Positions 23,381 through 36,900 of a DNA stretch of 64,000 bases are shown in pieces. The position numbers were made by a program, and so were the translations under genes. Position 1 is the first letter of the stretch. Each line of letters starts with the position of its first letter. The DNA comes from Vicugna vicugna. Its lineage: Eukaryota. Under the pieces are notes generated by a model. The model did not search any database, had not been told where the DNA came from, and saw only the letters and a list, made by a program, of their open reading frames with translations. The stretch spans positions 1 to 64,000 of the forward strand of contig MU058717.1 of the NCBI GenBank assembly GCA_013265495.1, read 5' to 3'.

Positions 23381-25094
23381 CCTCGCCAGAATTTCCTTGG
23401 CCCCTCCTAGCTTTGATAACATAAGCAGGGAGCTTGGCCACAGACCAGGAAGCCTGATACCAGAGAGACAGTGGCCCTTTCCTGGCCCTGGGTAAGGCTG
23501 CAAGGCCAGCAGAGTAACCGCCAGCGAAGAAGTAGGAGAGGCTGGCCTGGAAGTTGTTGCCAGGCTGATAAGGAGACCATCTCTGGTGTCCATCTGAGCC
23601 CTGAACATCCTGGGGGTCCCCGCCCCATTAGCCTTGTTGGTGGAGAGGCAGGCAAGAGGTCAACTGTGGAGGTGCTATTTAGATCTGATTCTCAATGAGA
23701 TGTTGGGTAGTGTACCCCTAATTCTCCCAATTCTGGACTTGCAGGGGCTTGTGAAACTCTCCACTGATTGCTCAGTGCAATTTCCTCTTCAAATTTCAGA
23801 TGACAAAGCCCTCAACCAGCAGATATTTATTTCCCCGAAATATTTACACCCCTGTATCTCCAGTGCGTAATCCATGCCGGATTCGTGGAAAGCGCTCATG
23901 AAGAGCTGTCAAATAAAAGACGCAGAAGAAAGAGCCTGCCCTCAGCAAATCTCTTTGGAGCTCAGGATTCCCATCTGTGAAATGGGATGGTCCTCACAAA
24001 TCAGCCTTCTCAGAAAGTTGTGAGGTTACAGAGGTGAAAGGACTCTGAAAAGAATAAATGAATTGTTTCCCTTACAAGTAAAGACAATTGAATCTAAGAT
24101 GAAGGGATAAAGCAGCTCACTGGTCGCTGTAATCAACACTTAGTGATGGTGTACAATTTGAGATGTTAGAGGAACGCTTCCTACCCCCAAGTACCCTACA
24201 GATCTCACGCAAGAACAACAACAAATGATGGCTGTCATAAAGTCTAGTCTATGTGCTACCCTGTCTGTATAGATTGCTTCTAACTGTCAAGAGAGTGATC
24301 ATTATCTCTAGATTCCAAGCCAAATTGGTCTAACTGCAAAGCCCAAGCCCTTGCCTCAGTATCACGTCACTTCCTGATGCTTGGAATTTCCTCATTCATT
24401 CTTCAAAGTGAAGGTCTGTGGAAATGCAAAGAGACACGAATGCGTCATGCGTTATGCAGCAGTGACGGCTCCATAAGGACTCATTTGTGAAGTATCCCCC
24501 AACTAGACAGACAACAGATCCCTCTAGGGAGAAGTCAATCAGTGATTTAAATTTTGGTGGGAAAAGAAAAGGAAGAAAATTAGCATGCACTGAATAGCTA
24601 CCATGGGTCAGGGGCTTTCTCTCCTAGCTGGCGCACTCAGTAGGGCGAGTAAGAGAGAGAGGGATTGTCTGACCTCCACTGATGGATAATGTCACTGTTG
24701 AGTCAAACAGCTTGACTTAGATTTAGGGTTTTGGTTCTCGCATCACCCCAAGGACAATTCCATTCTTCTCACCGGGGGATGAGACTGGAAGAAGTTGCCA
24801 CACTTCTCACTTTCTGTTTCTTCCTATCTTCTTCAGAGCCACACTCAAGAGGGTATCTGGAGTTTTCCAAAAATTTGCTTTATAGAGACTGAAAGGGAAA
24901 ATGCTCCAGTTAGAGTTCTCTATCTGTGATTGATTATAAAAGCCAACTCCTTTTTCATCAGAAGAGTCCTGTGATCAATTAGCAGTGTCTGCCATGGACA
25001 CCATAGAAGGGTATTCACATTGCATGACCATTTCTGCCCTTCATACATCTTGTTCTCATAGACTGTGAAGGTTAAAGGGAATGCAGAGATCATC

Positions 25095-25340
25095 TAGATC
25101 AAGACTCAGCAAACTACAACCTTGGGACCAAATCCAGACAGGTGCCTGTTTTTCTAAATGACGTTTTATGGGAACCCAGTCACACATTCACTTGTTTACA
25201 TACTGTCTGAGGTTACTTTCTTACTACAACGGGAGGGTTGCCTAGTTGTGGCAGAGACGCAAATTAGGTTTTAGACAAAGTCTAAAATGTTTGCTCTCTG
25301 GTCTTTCAACAGACTATGTTTTGCTGACTTCTGATCCAGA
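25095..25340. mobile_element. hAT-Charlie MITE (MER58-like)
   Basis: cagcaaactac...ccaaatcc...cctgtttttctaaatgacgttttatggg...tttgctgacttctg. Confidence 0.6.
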
Positions 25341-26319
25341 CCAAACCTCCAGCTGACAGCAAGAGACTGAAGCCCTCCGGAGAAGGTACAAGCCCCAGAC
25401 TGCATAATGAGTTAATTGCACAACACCCAGATCAAGTTTTTCTAAAACTGGTTACTCCCATGTTGGTTCCCCAAAACTGGTAATAGGTGATGGCTGGGCA
25501 CTCCCACTCCTGGCCCGATCTTAACCCAAGATTGAGTCGCTAAGCCTACTTCACATGCCTTCTATAGCCTTCTGCTAGATACTGTAGAGTCATTCACTCA
25601 TTCATGCAATTCATTCACAAAAAATTATTTAATGAATTCTTACTGCATGCCAGGGATTATGCCAGGCCCTGAGGCTACAATCAAGAAGGCACATGGAGTC
25701 AATATTGCATGGTCATTAAGAACCTAAACTTTAGGTCAGAGTTACCTGGGTTGGAAGAAAAATCACTGACCCTGCCTGAGCCTCAGTTTGCTCAGCTGTA
25801 AGATGGGGGTATTGATCTCTCTTATATCACACGGTGGTTGTAAGGAGTATTTGGCAAGCACTCTGCACAGTGTTCGGCCCACTCAGCATGGCAGACGCTG
25901 TTCTTATTACAGGCAGGTGTGCTGAATATTAGGCAAGCAGGGAGCCGTCAGGTTCTTGGGTCCTTGGGTCCTTGGGTCTGAACCCTTCTTCCCCTGCTCC
26001 ATTAAATGCCTGACTGAGCCTTCAGGACAGAATTGCTTCTAGGGTGTAGAGAGGGCCCTTGTCTATGCAAACAATTTGATTTTAAAATGTATTCTAAAAT
26101 TCACTAGACCATATGAGGTGCTATGATTAACCCAAGAAGATTTAGAATAATTGTCGGTGCCATCATGTTTGCTCGCTGTCTAACCAGAGCATGTGACGTC
26201 TTCTCAGTATCCAGGCACCATTTCCTCCCCTCTGGGTCCAGAAACCAGCAGATGGCGAATGAGCTCCAGAGAGAGGCATCGCTTAGCATAAACTTTGTTT
26301 TTGGTGTCATCTTTCTAAA

Positions 26320-26930
26320 CAGATATATATATTTTTTATTTTGATGGAGTCAATGTACCCAGTTTTCCCAGTCCTTTATGGATTGCACTTTTCACATCAA
26401 ATTCTCCTCACTGAAGAACAATCCCTTCCATTTTCCTTAAACATTTTTGCAAGTTTTATTTTTCACATTGAAGTCATTCATCTAGCTGGAATTTATTTTT
26501 TGTGAAAGATTTGAAGTAGGGATCTTGTTTCAATTTCTTTCCAAAATGGAATGCCAATCATTCCCCTATATCATTGATCCCCTGTTATTTTATAAAACCA
26601 CATCTATTTTGTACCAAGTTTTCATATGTAGATGGATGTGTTTCTGTGTTCTATTGGGTTTTCTTACTCAATGTGTCTAGTCTCAAACCAGTCTTCCTTG
26701 GTACTCTTTCAATTAACATGTATGTTTTCTATATCTCGGTGCTTTGCAGCACAAGTCTTTTTGGTTTTACTTATTCAGAATTGGCTATTCTTGCATTTCT
26801 ACTCTACCACGCATATTTTAGGATCGATTTGTTAAGTCCCTCAAAAAAAATCTATTGAGATTTTTATTACAGTTGCATCAAAGCTATAAATTATAGGGGC
26901 AGGGGCCAAAATATTTACTATATGAAGTCT
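26320..26930 (-). mobile_element. Old antisense L1 fragment
   Basis: T-rich L1 ORF2 motifs (tttcacattgaagtc..tcatctagctggaatttattttt). Confidence 0.6.
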
Positions 26931-29900
26931 ACCCAAGTGTAAAAAATGAGCAATAGGGAGACTTTGCTCAGTTGACCATCAGCTCCAATTGGTCCAGTCC
27001 TCCTCTAAGTCTCCAGGTCTCTCAGCCTCACAAATGCCATCTTTCACCTTGACTGGAGTCCCTCTGCTCCCCGACCTCGCTGAACTGGCAGCTTAGACAT
27101 CTGAAGTCTTGAGGACCTTGTCCCTGACTCACTGCATACTCTAGACTAAGGCACTGCCCCTCTCTGAGCCTCAGTTTCCTCACCTGTACCAAGAGTGTGT
27201 TGGATTGGGTAAAAGTGAAGACCCCTCAGGGCCCGGACACTAGGAAACATCACCCTCTCTGCATCCTCCCAGCCCCAGACTGGATGGCCACTCTCCCGAC
27301 GGAGCTGAGCCTCATGCTCACAGACCTCTGCTAGCCTGCTCCTTGGGGGTTTTTTGGGAGTGAAGGGGAGGAGGGTTCCTTCTTAAATGAGACCTTTCTA
27401 GCTAACCTCTGACTCCACTTGGCCTTCAGGCTCTGTACCTCTAGACACCTTCTAAGGGAGGGGATCATGAATGATTTCTATTAGGGCGCATAATTAGGGT
27501 CTTGGTCTAGTTTCTGCTGCATGGTGTCTTCACCTAGAATTCTTTCCAATAAACACACTGGCCCTCTTGAACTCGCTTCTTACACAAGAAAAGATGCTGT
27601 TTGTTTACTGTCTGTTTTTTCCTCCCTACTCTCTCACTTATCATGTGGGTTCTACCCTTGATACGAATGTTTAAGTTAAACATGGTAGAAGTAGAGGGGT
27701 CAGAGGTTCTGCTGCACTTGGCCCCGATGCCCAGGGCCCAGGTGAGTCCCCTCCGAGAGCGGCAGATGCACATTTTAACTAGTGATTTTTTTTCAACTAG
27801 AAAAATAAGAAGAGAACTTCTGGTCAAAGATGGCAAAATTAAGAGGCTATAGCTCCATTTTCATCTCTGAAGCTCGCAGAAGCCCCTCTTTGATCAAATC
27901 AGAAAGCAGGTTCCATCCTGAGCCACAGTTGATTTTAAAGATGGAGAACATTCTCATCATCATAGACATTCGACTGGCCAGCCCCGCTCTATTCCTGTAC
28001 TCTGTTTTATCATCTGCCTAGTTTTGATCACTATCTGAAACTTTTTCGCTTACCTCTTTGCTGTCCACGTTCCCCTCCTGGAACGTAAGTAGAAGGCAGG
28101 GAGCATGATTCTCCTCTTCACCACTGTATCCCCAGTGCCTAGTACAGCATCTAACATGCCTCCCAAATAGACATTCAGGAAGTACTCACTGAGGAGGCTT
28201 TTTTTTTTTTTAAGCATCTGCCAGAATCAGAGGCCACCCTGAGATTTTCTTGTTCCTCTGGGAGGAAATGGACCTCAACTAGCAACTGCACGTTGCAGTG
28301 CTGGCATTGTTATCTTAATCTGCCTACTTTCTCCCTGGATACCCACCTCCAGCTCAGCTGCTAGGAAGCACTCTGCCTGCCTTGCGTTCCCTGGGGGTGG
28401 GAGTGCCAGGTGAGCAGCAGAAACTGCATTCACTACTTCAGGAAAAACAATGACCTTGGACCTGGGAAAGGGCAGAGCAGGAGGTGACATGTGGAGGTGG
28501 GATTGCCCACGGCAGGATGAAGAGCAGGAAGACACGATGGCTCACGGATCTGGGGGTTTTATGTGTGCTTCGGTTACCCCTGAATAAAGAACCAGCATTT
28601 TGCCCTTCTTCTCTTCCACATCTTGTGCTTTGCTTTCGTGTGCCTCTTAGGCTTCCTAGTAAAAACTTCTTTGAAAGAGTCCACTTTTGTCCCTGATGAA
28701 CTGAAGCTTTGTGGCTTTGAGAAGATGGCCTCTTTGAACCTCTGTTTTCCCTTCTATAAGCCAAGGTGTTTAAACAAGACAATGCAGGCCCAGGGTGTGG
28801 TGCAGTCCCTGGCATGCTGCACGCTGTGGGAATTCTGTGACTGATAGTTTTCTTCTCCTTCCTCTCTCGCTATCTTAGGGCCAAAGAGCCAGAAGAGTCA
28901 ATCACCCTTGGAGACAGCAGCTATGCCAGTTGGAGAAACTGGGAAGGACTGTGAGCTAAAAGTGAAAGCTAGAAAGGCAAAAAGTCATAGAAATACCATG
29001 ATCCCTGGAGAACAGAGAGAGAGGTGAAATTCTGAAGGGGATCAGGGCGATTGGCTGAGGTCACAGCCCCTTCCTGCCCTTGGCTTTCTCACCCAAGGCT
29101 ATGTCCAGTGCATCTTACCAGGTATAAGAAAGAGCACCACAAGTGACATCTGTCACTCACCAACTTGCCAGCTCACCAACCACTGCAGAAGACATTATGC
29201 TTTTTAATCATTCAAGTCTCCAGGGAACCAAGAAGGCTGAGAATGCTGAGTTCCCTCCAGGGGACGTAGGTTCGAGTCCCCCAAAACAAAAGTGCTCTGT
29301 GCCTGGTTTTATCAGGTTCTCAAAGCCACGTGACCTCCCTCCTTGTCAGGACACCAGGAGGCCCAGGCGCAGTGTCTGCTCAGGCCCTGTGCCTTCTCTT
29401 GACAATGTTACTCTCCTCCCCAAGGTTCCCTCCATGCTGTTACTTGGATTCTTACTCTCTGTTCTTGGGTTAAATGTTTGTTTTACTGAACTTTAAAGTC
29501 TCCCATCCTTTGAGTTTAGGAGAGAGGTATAAACAAAGAAACAAGGACTAGCTACCCTTCTGTGGAACATTCTTTTCTATCCAAAAGGGTATAGGGAGCA
29601 AGAGGAAAGGAAAATGAGAGAGAGAGAGAATCAGGAGGTGGACAAGGGAACCAGCCTCTGTCAAAACCTATACATAGCTAGGAAGTAGCCAGACTGGTCT
29701 TCAGATTCAGGATTGTGTGGTTATTGCCTAGGAAGCGAAGCAGCTTCTAGGCTGGGGTGAGGTCTGCCAGAGTCGGGAGAGGGGTGTGAGGACGTGGGAG
29801 GGTATTTCTCAGAAGGGCAGGCCCGGTTCATTAGTCCAAGTGCCCGATGCCAAGTGCCTGTTAGGGCGCTGGGATCCAACTCCAAATCAGAGCTCCAGGC

Positions 29901-30577
29901 GCCATCCAGTGGCCACTGTGGAAATTGCAGGAGAAAAGAGCAGACGAGAAAAGAAACCCCACTGAAGGCAGTCCTGGCCAGCGCCAGGGGGAAGCGAAGG
30001 AGAGAGCCTCCCCTTGTCCTCAGTGCCTCCCCCCAATCAGTTAAGGACCCGGTTCCAGTCAGACCCCTACAGACTGCTGCCTGATCCAGCTGGGGTTCTC
30101 TCATTGTGAGCTCGGGCAGCCTGGTTCCCCTGCCAGAAAACAAAGGAGTAGGATACGTCACAGGCCAGGGACCATACTTAGCACTTTTGCTCATCTGACC
30201 CTCATGTCCAGGTAAGATCTCAATCATCCCATCACCCCACACTCCAGTCACTCCTGACCACACAGATCTGTGCTTCATTCACCTGTGTAATCCCTCATGG
30301 CTCCCTAGGGAAATTCCAGCCATGGGTTAGGCTTGGCTGCAAACCACCTCTTCCAGAATTCTTCCCCTCTTGCCTGCCAATTGCTCCATCCCCTCACCTA
30401 AAGGATCCTCTTTCTGCTACAGTTATGGTCAAGCGCACCTCACCCCCTCCAGCTCTGAGCTCCCTCAGCCCAGGGGCTTTTCTTAGTATTGTTTCTCCCT
30501 CCTCACCCCACCTAGGTGCCAGGCATGGACAGGCTTAACACTGCCTGCTCTGAGCTCAGTCTGCCTGGCTTCAGGCA

Positions 30578-30965
30578 CTGTGTGGAAGGCAGAATAATGG
30601 TCCCCCCAAAGACGTCCACGTCCTAATCTCTGGAACCTCGGAATATGTTATTTTATAGGGCAAAGAGAGTTTGAAGATGTGATAAAGAGCTCAAGACGGG
30701 GATATTATGGTGGCTTAGCTGGGTGAGCCCAGTATAATCACAAGGGTCCTGCTGCTGTGGAGAGAAGAGGGTCAGAGTCAGGGAAGGAGATGTGATGCCA
30801 GAAGCAGGTAGCCTTTAGAAGTTGGAAAGAGCAAGGGAACAACAGTCTCCAGAAGGAATGCAGCCCTGCCAACCCCTTTTAGACTTCTGACCTCAAGGAG
30901 TATTTGTGTTTTTTAAGCCACTAAATTTGCAGTAATGTTACAGCCACAATAGGAAACAAATACAT
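30578..30965 (+). mobile_element. MaLR LTR (MLT1-type)
   Basis: tgtggaaggcagaataatggtccccc...ttttaagccactaaatttgcagtaatgttacagcc..aggaaacaaatac. Confidence 0.75.
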
Positions 30966-32249
30966 ACTGATTCAGCTTCTCACTGATCACATGACTCTGG
31001 GAAACTCACCCTCTCAATGACTCAGTTTCTTTGCCTGTAAAATGGAGATGATATAGGCAATAATTCCTACCTCACAAGGTCGTTGGGAGGAAAAAAATGA
31101 AAATACCTGTGAATTACTTAGAATAATGCCCAAGACTAAACATGTGAGTTATTATTATAAGAATCATTAACAGCTACCATTAATTGAGAACCTAATATAC
31201 ACCAGGCACTATGTCAGATGCCTTAGAACAATTTCCTCCATTCTCACCATCACCCTTGAGGGTAATTATTTCAATCCCCATTTTACACATAAGGAAACAA
31301 ACCCAGTTATTTGCCCATAATCACGCTAGGACTGGAAGCATTTTAATCTTTGCAGTTTCTAACACGCATTTGGGAAATTGTACTGGTTTGTGCTCCTTAC
31401 CGATAGAAGGTTAGTTTTGGTTTTGGTTTTTTTGGAGGAGAACAGAAGCTGAGCAGACTACCCTGGGCCAGAGGTCCCGGCTGACATCCTCTCTTCTTCC
31501 AACCTAGTGCAGGGAGATAAAATCCAGGTGAAACTTACCTATCCGTCCCCACCCCATCCATTTAGGGGTTCAATTACTGCCTCCTGCTACCTAACTCCCC
31601 CCCCCCGTTCTAACAGCTTTTCAGCCAGACTGGGGGACACCAGGAGAGGGGCACGGCCAGAGAGCCAAGTGTCCGATCCGCTGGGGGATGGAGGGGCGCA
31701 GCCTTGCCCAGACCCCAAGGGTACCTGTGCAGCCCCCTCCTTTCCTGCAGCCTGCATAAGGAGCCATCTGTTCTCGGTTGAATAAACAAGCAGGGGGAAG
31801 CAGCTCCCGGCCCCCTGCCCCTCAGCCCGACCCCCGCACAATGCGCCTTTCTGCGAGGAGACGCCGCCCGGGCGCCGCTGGAGCGCGCTCTGTCTGGCCT
31901 CCCCTCCCCCTGGCGGCACAGGAAGACACACACACCTTCTCTGTGGAAAGCAGTTCTTTTTTTTTTTTTTTTAAAGAAAAAGAAAACAAACAAAAAAGAA
32001 ATCCAACAAAGAACTGAGCGCAGAACGCGTCCCTCGGTCCCCAGCCCCACCCCTACCCCCGCAGTCAGGCTTCTGGTCCAGGCGAGGCCAGCTCGAGCGC
32101 AGCGCTGGGAGCCCGCCAGCGCCTCCTCCCCCGACAGCCCAAGCCCGAGGGGCTCAGATCCCGCCCGGCCCCGGCGTCCGGACGGCGCACGAGGGGGGCC
32201 CAGTCCGCGGGGCCGCGCCCCCTGCCCGGGTCCGGGCCACCCGCGGCCC

Positions 32250-33137
32250 TCACTTCTGGGTGGCCAGCTGGTTCTCCAGGTCCTCCAGGCGCGCCGTCAT
32301 CTGGGCCAGTGAGCGGTTAAGGAAGCCGCCGGGGCTCACGGGGGTCCCTTCGCCTTCCCTCCATCCCGAGTCCCTAGCCCCAAAGGATATGTTTCTGCGA
32401 CAGACTCTCGAGCGTCCCCAGCGTGTGGCCCTGGAACTCCAGGAGGCTTTCGCATTCGCACGGGCTCCGAAGATCTGTCCCAGCACTGATGCCCTCCTCT
32501 GCCAGCGGGGCACAGAGAGTCACGGGAGTGAGAAGCTGCAAGAGGACCAGCCGGCCGTGGCCGAGGCCCTTCGATATCCCTCCACCTGGCCTGCGGTTGA
32601 GTGTACCGGCTTAGGATTCAGACAGACCTGGGATGAGTCCCAGCTACCTCCCTATGAGATATTGAAAAACTCACTCAACCTTTGTAAGCCTTTGTTTCCT
32701 TACCTGTAAAAATGGATACAGTGAGAAAACCTGTTCGTTGGGTGGTGCTGATGATTCTACAATTTTTGTGTGTGTGTATGTGTGTACACATCTTAGAAGG
32801 TTTCTCAAACCTTGATGTTCATTGGAATCAACAGGAAACCTTGATAAAATATGGATTCTTGTTGCTAACAGGGAAGGAGCTGAGATGCTGCATTTCTAAT
32901 CCGTTCCTGAGTGATGCTGATGCCGCTGGCCGGTGGACCACACTTTGAGTAGCGAGAATCCACAGCACACTGTCCAAACGAAACCTTATGCGTGATGAAA
33001 ATGTTCTGTAACTGCCCTGTCCAGTGTGTTAGCCACAATACACATGTGGCTAGGGGGGAGGGTATAGCTTAAGTGGTAGAGTGCATGCTTAGCATACACA
33101 AAGTCCTGGGTTCAATCCCCAGTACCTCCTCCAAATA

Positions 33138-33180
<43 letters not shown>

Positions 33181-33880
33181 ACCTAATTACCTCCCCCTCA
33201 TTAAAAAAAAAAAAAGACACATGGCTTTTTAGCCCTTGAAATGTGCCTAGTGTGACTGAGGAACTAAGTTATATCCTTTCATTTAAGTTAAATGGGCATA
33301 TGTAGCTAGTGGCTACCTTACTGGACAGTGCTGATCTAGAGCACTACCTGATACAAGTAAACACTTTATAGTGTATTTCAATTAGACCAGTGGTTCTCCA
33401 AGTGTGGTCCCTGGACCAGCAGCATCAGCATCACCTAAGAAGTTATCAGAAATACAAATAGTCAGATTCTACCCCAGACCTACTGAATCAGAAACTCTGG
33501 GGTTGGAGCCAGTAATCTGCTATCTAATAAGCCCTCCAGGTGAGTCTGTTGCACCCTAACTTTAAGAACCACTGATCCAATAGGACTACCCACCGTTCAG
33601 CTGGCTGTAGGTGATGATCCCCCGTGTGACCTTTTGAATGTGCAGAGGCCTGTAGCTTAGTTACATTTGTGCAAAATGACAATTATCACACTTTTTTCCA
33701 AAAATAACAATTATCACAACTTTCCCCAGTCACGTTTCCCATGCTCCCCACACCTCAGACCGCCCTGAAACTTAATTTCATCCCACAAATAACCTAAGCC
33801 CCTTGCCTTTGAGGAGGCAGATTTCAGATTTGTTCCCCCATCTCCTCAATTGCCTGCCTTGCAAATAAATCCTCTTTGTT

Positions 33881-33961
<81 letters not shown>

Positions 33962-36900
33962 AAAGAAAGAAAAGAAAGAAAGAAAGCCACTGATCCAGGC
34001 CTATCTCTATCTCTTCATACATTTCAACATCTCTGAAATCAAAATAAGTGCATTACAATTAAATTTGGCATCTTTTTTCTTAGCAGTATAGAAAATAATG
34101 GTAATCTTATAACAGATGGTATCCTAGTTTCACTGAATTCTGTCAACGTGTGCCATTTTAAACGTGTGCACGATGCCTGGCAGTTGCCTTCAATACAGAG
34201 TTGCTGTTATGGTTTAAAAGTTGTATCTTAGTCTTATATGCACCCTCAGCAAACTGCTGTATGTTGTGTCACCAATGATACTGATAACAGTCCCAGAAAG
34301 AATCCTAACTTTGCAGATGGGGAAACCAAAGGCTAACAAAGGGGGAGGAGCTGCCCAAGGTTATCCAGCCAATTGGTGAAGATCTTCAACCACACAGTCC
34401 AGAGTTCCCTTAGAATTCTAGAGCTGGTGGTAACCTGCAGCAGCCAGCACCCTCCCCTGCTACAGAAGAGGAAAGTTAAGGGTAGGGTCAGGGTTAGGTG
34501 ACTTGTCCAAACTCACACTGTGGAAAACTTAAGAGTTAGGGCAGGAAGGACTCTGAAGGAGCAGCTAATCCAGTGCCTCCACAAAACCCTGGCTAGTTGT
34601 TAGAATCAGCCTGGAAAGAGGGAGAAAGAGAGAGATGTGTAGGTGTACATGTGTGTATATACATGTATATGCATATACATACACACATGTGTGTGTGTAT
34701 TTTTTTTAAAATATAGATTCTCCAAGCCCAGTCCAGTCCTAATAAACCTAGTTCTGGACATGGGGCCTGGTAATCTGAAAGAGTCATATCTTACGCCTGG
34801 GTTAGACTCTAAAGACTCTATGTTAAAATTTCCCCCCAGAAATTCCCTATATGGCCTTTAAAGTACAGTAGACAAGTTCAACAGTCCACTGCCCCTCCAC
34901 AGATAGGGTTGGTCCCTTTTTCCTCAGTTGAGCCCCAAATAAAGTAGATAGACTGAATTTACCAGCTTTTTGTTTTAATACACATTTTTGTGTACTTGAA
35001 ATACACAGTCCTGCCACTTTGCCAGGTCTGTAAAGTTGAATGTCACCAAGTTAAAGGGATTTCTGCTGTAGTTCCCCTCACCAATGCTGCTTGGGGCTTG
35101 CCTTTGAAAAAATTTCCCCCAATTATTCTGAGCACCCGCTGATTTGGGGGACAGCTAGCTTCATCTGGTGCTTCCTAAACTTTAACATACATACAAGTCC
35201 CCTGAGGGGCTTGTTGAAGTGCAAAATCAGATTCAGTCAGTCTAGAGAGTGCAGGAGATGCTGCAGTTCTAACAAACCACCAGGTGACAGCCCTGCCGCT
35301 GGTGCATAGATTACACACACTTTGAATGACAAGAGCCCATCCCCTGGCTGTCACTCAATAAAGGGGGCGGGAGCGAATAGGAAAAGGAGCTATGGGACGT
35401 TGGGCAGTGAGAGGAGGGGTCCCGAGACAGATGTGCTCACCCGGGCAGATGCTGCCTTTGAGGTTCTCCAGCAGGTGCGTCATGGTGCTGAAGTCGGGGG
35501 AGTAGGACACGTGCAGCTCGGCTGGCTCGGAGGCGATCTCTCGCAGCTCCTCCTCCACCGCCTTCCCCACACCCACGGCGTACATGACGATGCCTACGGG
35601 GTCGAGGGACACAGGGGGCGCCCTAGGCCTCAGGAAAGCCGCCTCCCCCGCGCCCAGCCCAACCTCAGGCCAGTGCGGCCCGCGCCCAGCCCACCTTCCT
35701 CCTTGGCCCGCGCTGCCCACACTGAGATGTCATCCTGGGACCGGCCGTCGGTGAAGACCAGGCCGACGCGGGGCACGTTGAGGGCGCGAGGCCGTGCGCC
35801 CTGCGCCTCGGAGAAGCTGTGCTCCACCATGTGACGCAGCGCCAGCCCGGTCATGGTACCACGCTCCATGTACTCCACGGCCAGGACCGCCTGCTTCACC
35901 TCGGCCGCGGTGCCGTAGCGGCCCAGCGGGAACTCGGTGCGCACGCGGCTCGAGAACTGCACCAGCCCTACGCGCGTGCCCTCGGGGGACACGTCCAGGA
36001 AGTCCACGATCTGGTTCACGAAGCGCTTCACTAGCTCGAAGTTCTGAGGACGCACACTCTTGGAGCCGTCGACGAGCAGAACCAGGTCCACATGGCCTTC
36101 CCGGCACCCTAGGCGGTGAGCAGAGCTGGGATTGAGGGACCAGATCCTTGGCTGGCAGGAGCCAACTGCTCATCTATTTATTCACATTTACTATGTAACA
36201 GATACTTTGTGTGAAGTCCTTCCTATGCCAGGCTATGCTAAATAATAATAACGTTGTTGTTATCATCAGCGGCATCATTATAACTTTTGCCATTTATTGA
36301 GTGCTTAGCACAAGTCAATTTGCTAACAGCATCTTTTAAATCATCATCATCATCATCATCATCATAGCTAGCATTTATTGATCATCTACTACATATCAGA
36401 CAGAATTCTAAACACTTGACCACTACTGACAGTAATAAATAAAAGCACAAACCTTACTGTTTGACAGCTTACCATGTGCCAGGCACTGAGCTAGATGATT
36501 TATATTTTTTTCTCAGTCCTAATAACCTTGGGTATTATCCACATTTTCTAATAATCTGAGGTTCTGAAAGGTAGTCGTTTATTTGTTCCAGATTCCACTA
36601 GTAGTGGCTGAGCCAGGATGTGAAGCCAGTTCTACCTGACCCCAAAACTCAAGGTCCTAATCATGCTACAAGGATGCCTCCCCTATTCTGAGCTAGGGAC
36701 TTTGCTAGGCCCTGAAGGAGGTTCAACAATAAATGAAACAGAATCCTGATCCACAAAGAAATCAGGATAGAACAGAGCAATCAGATATGCTATGGCTACC
36801 CTCAAGGAGAGTGCTAGAATAGAGAGGGGTGCAGGGAGCAAAGTAGGAATAATTCATTCTTCCTGGAGTTGGTGAGGAAGGCTGCATGGAGGTGGTGACA

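Noticed and set aside
27668..27745. Palindrome ATGTTTAAGTTAAACAT and nearby CAG|GTGAGT donor
   Set aside because: Short motifs with no linked exon structure or homology that I can support
29721..30278. 185-aa minus-strand ORF and 96-aa plus-strand ORF
   Set aside because: No recognisable domain or signal; expected by chance in GC-rich DNA
33053..33130. tRNA-like sequences as true tRNA genes
   Set aside because: Multiple diverged copies with A-rich tails and TSD-like flanks, so these are SINEs
33778..34091. ORFs with KERK/FLSF repeats
   Set aside because: Translations of the (GAAA)n microsatellite
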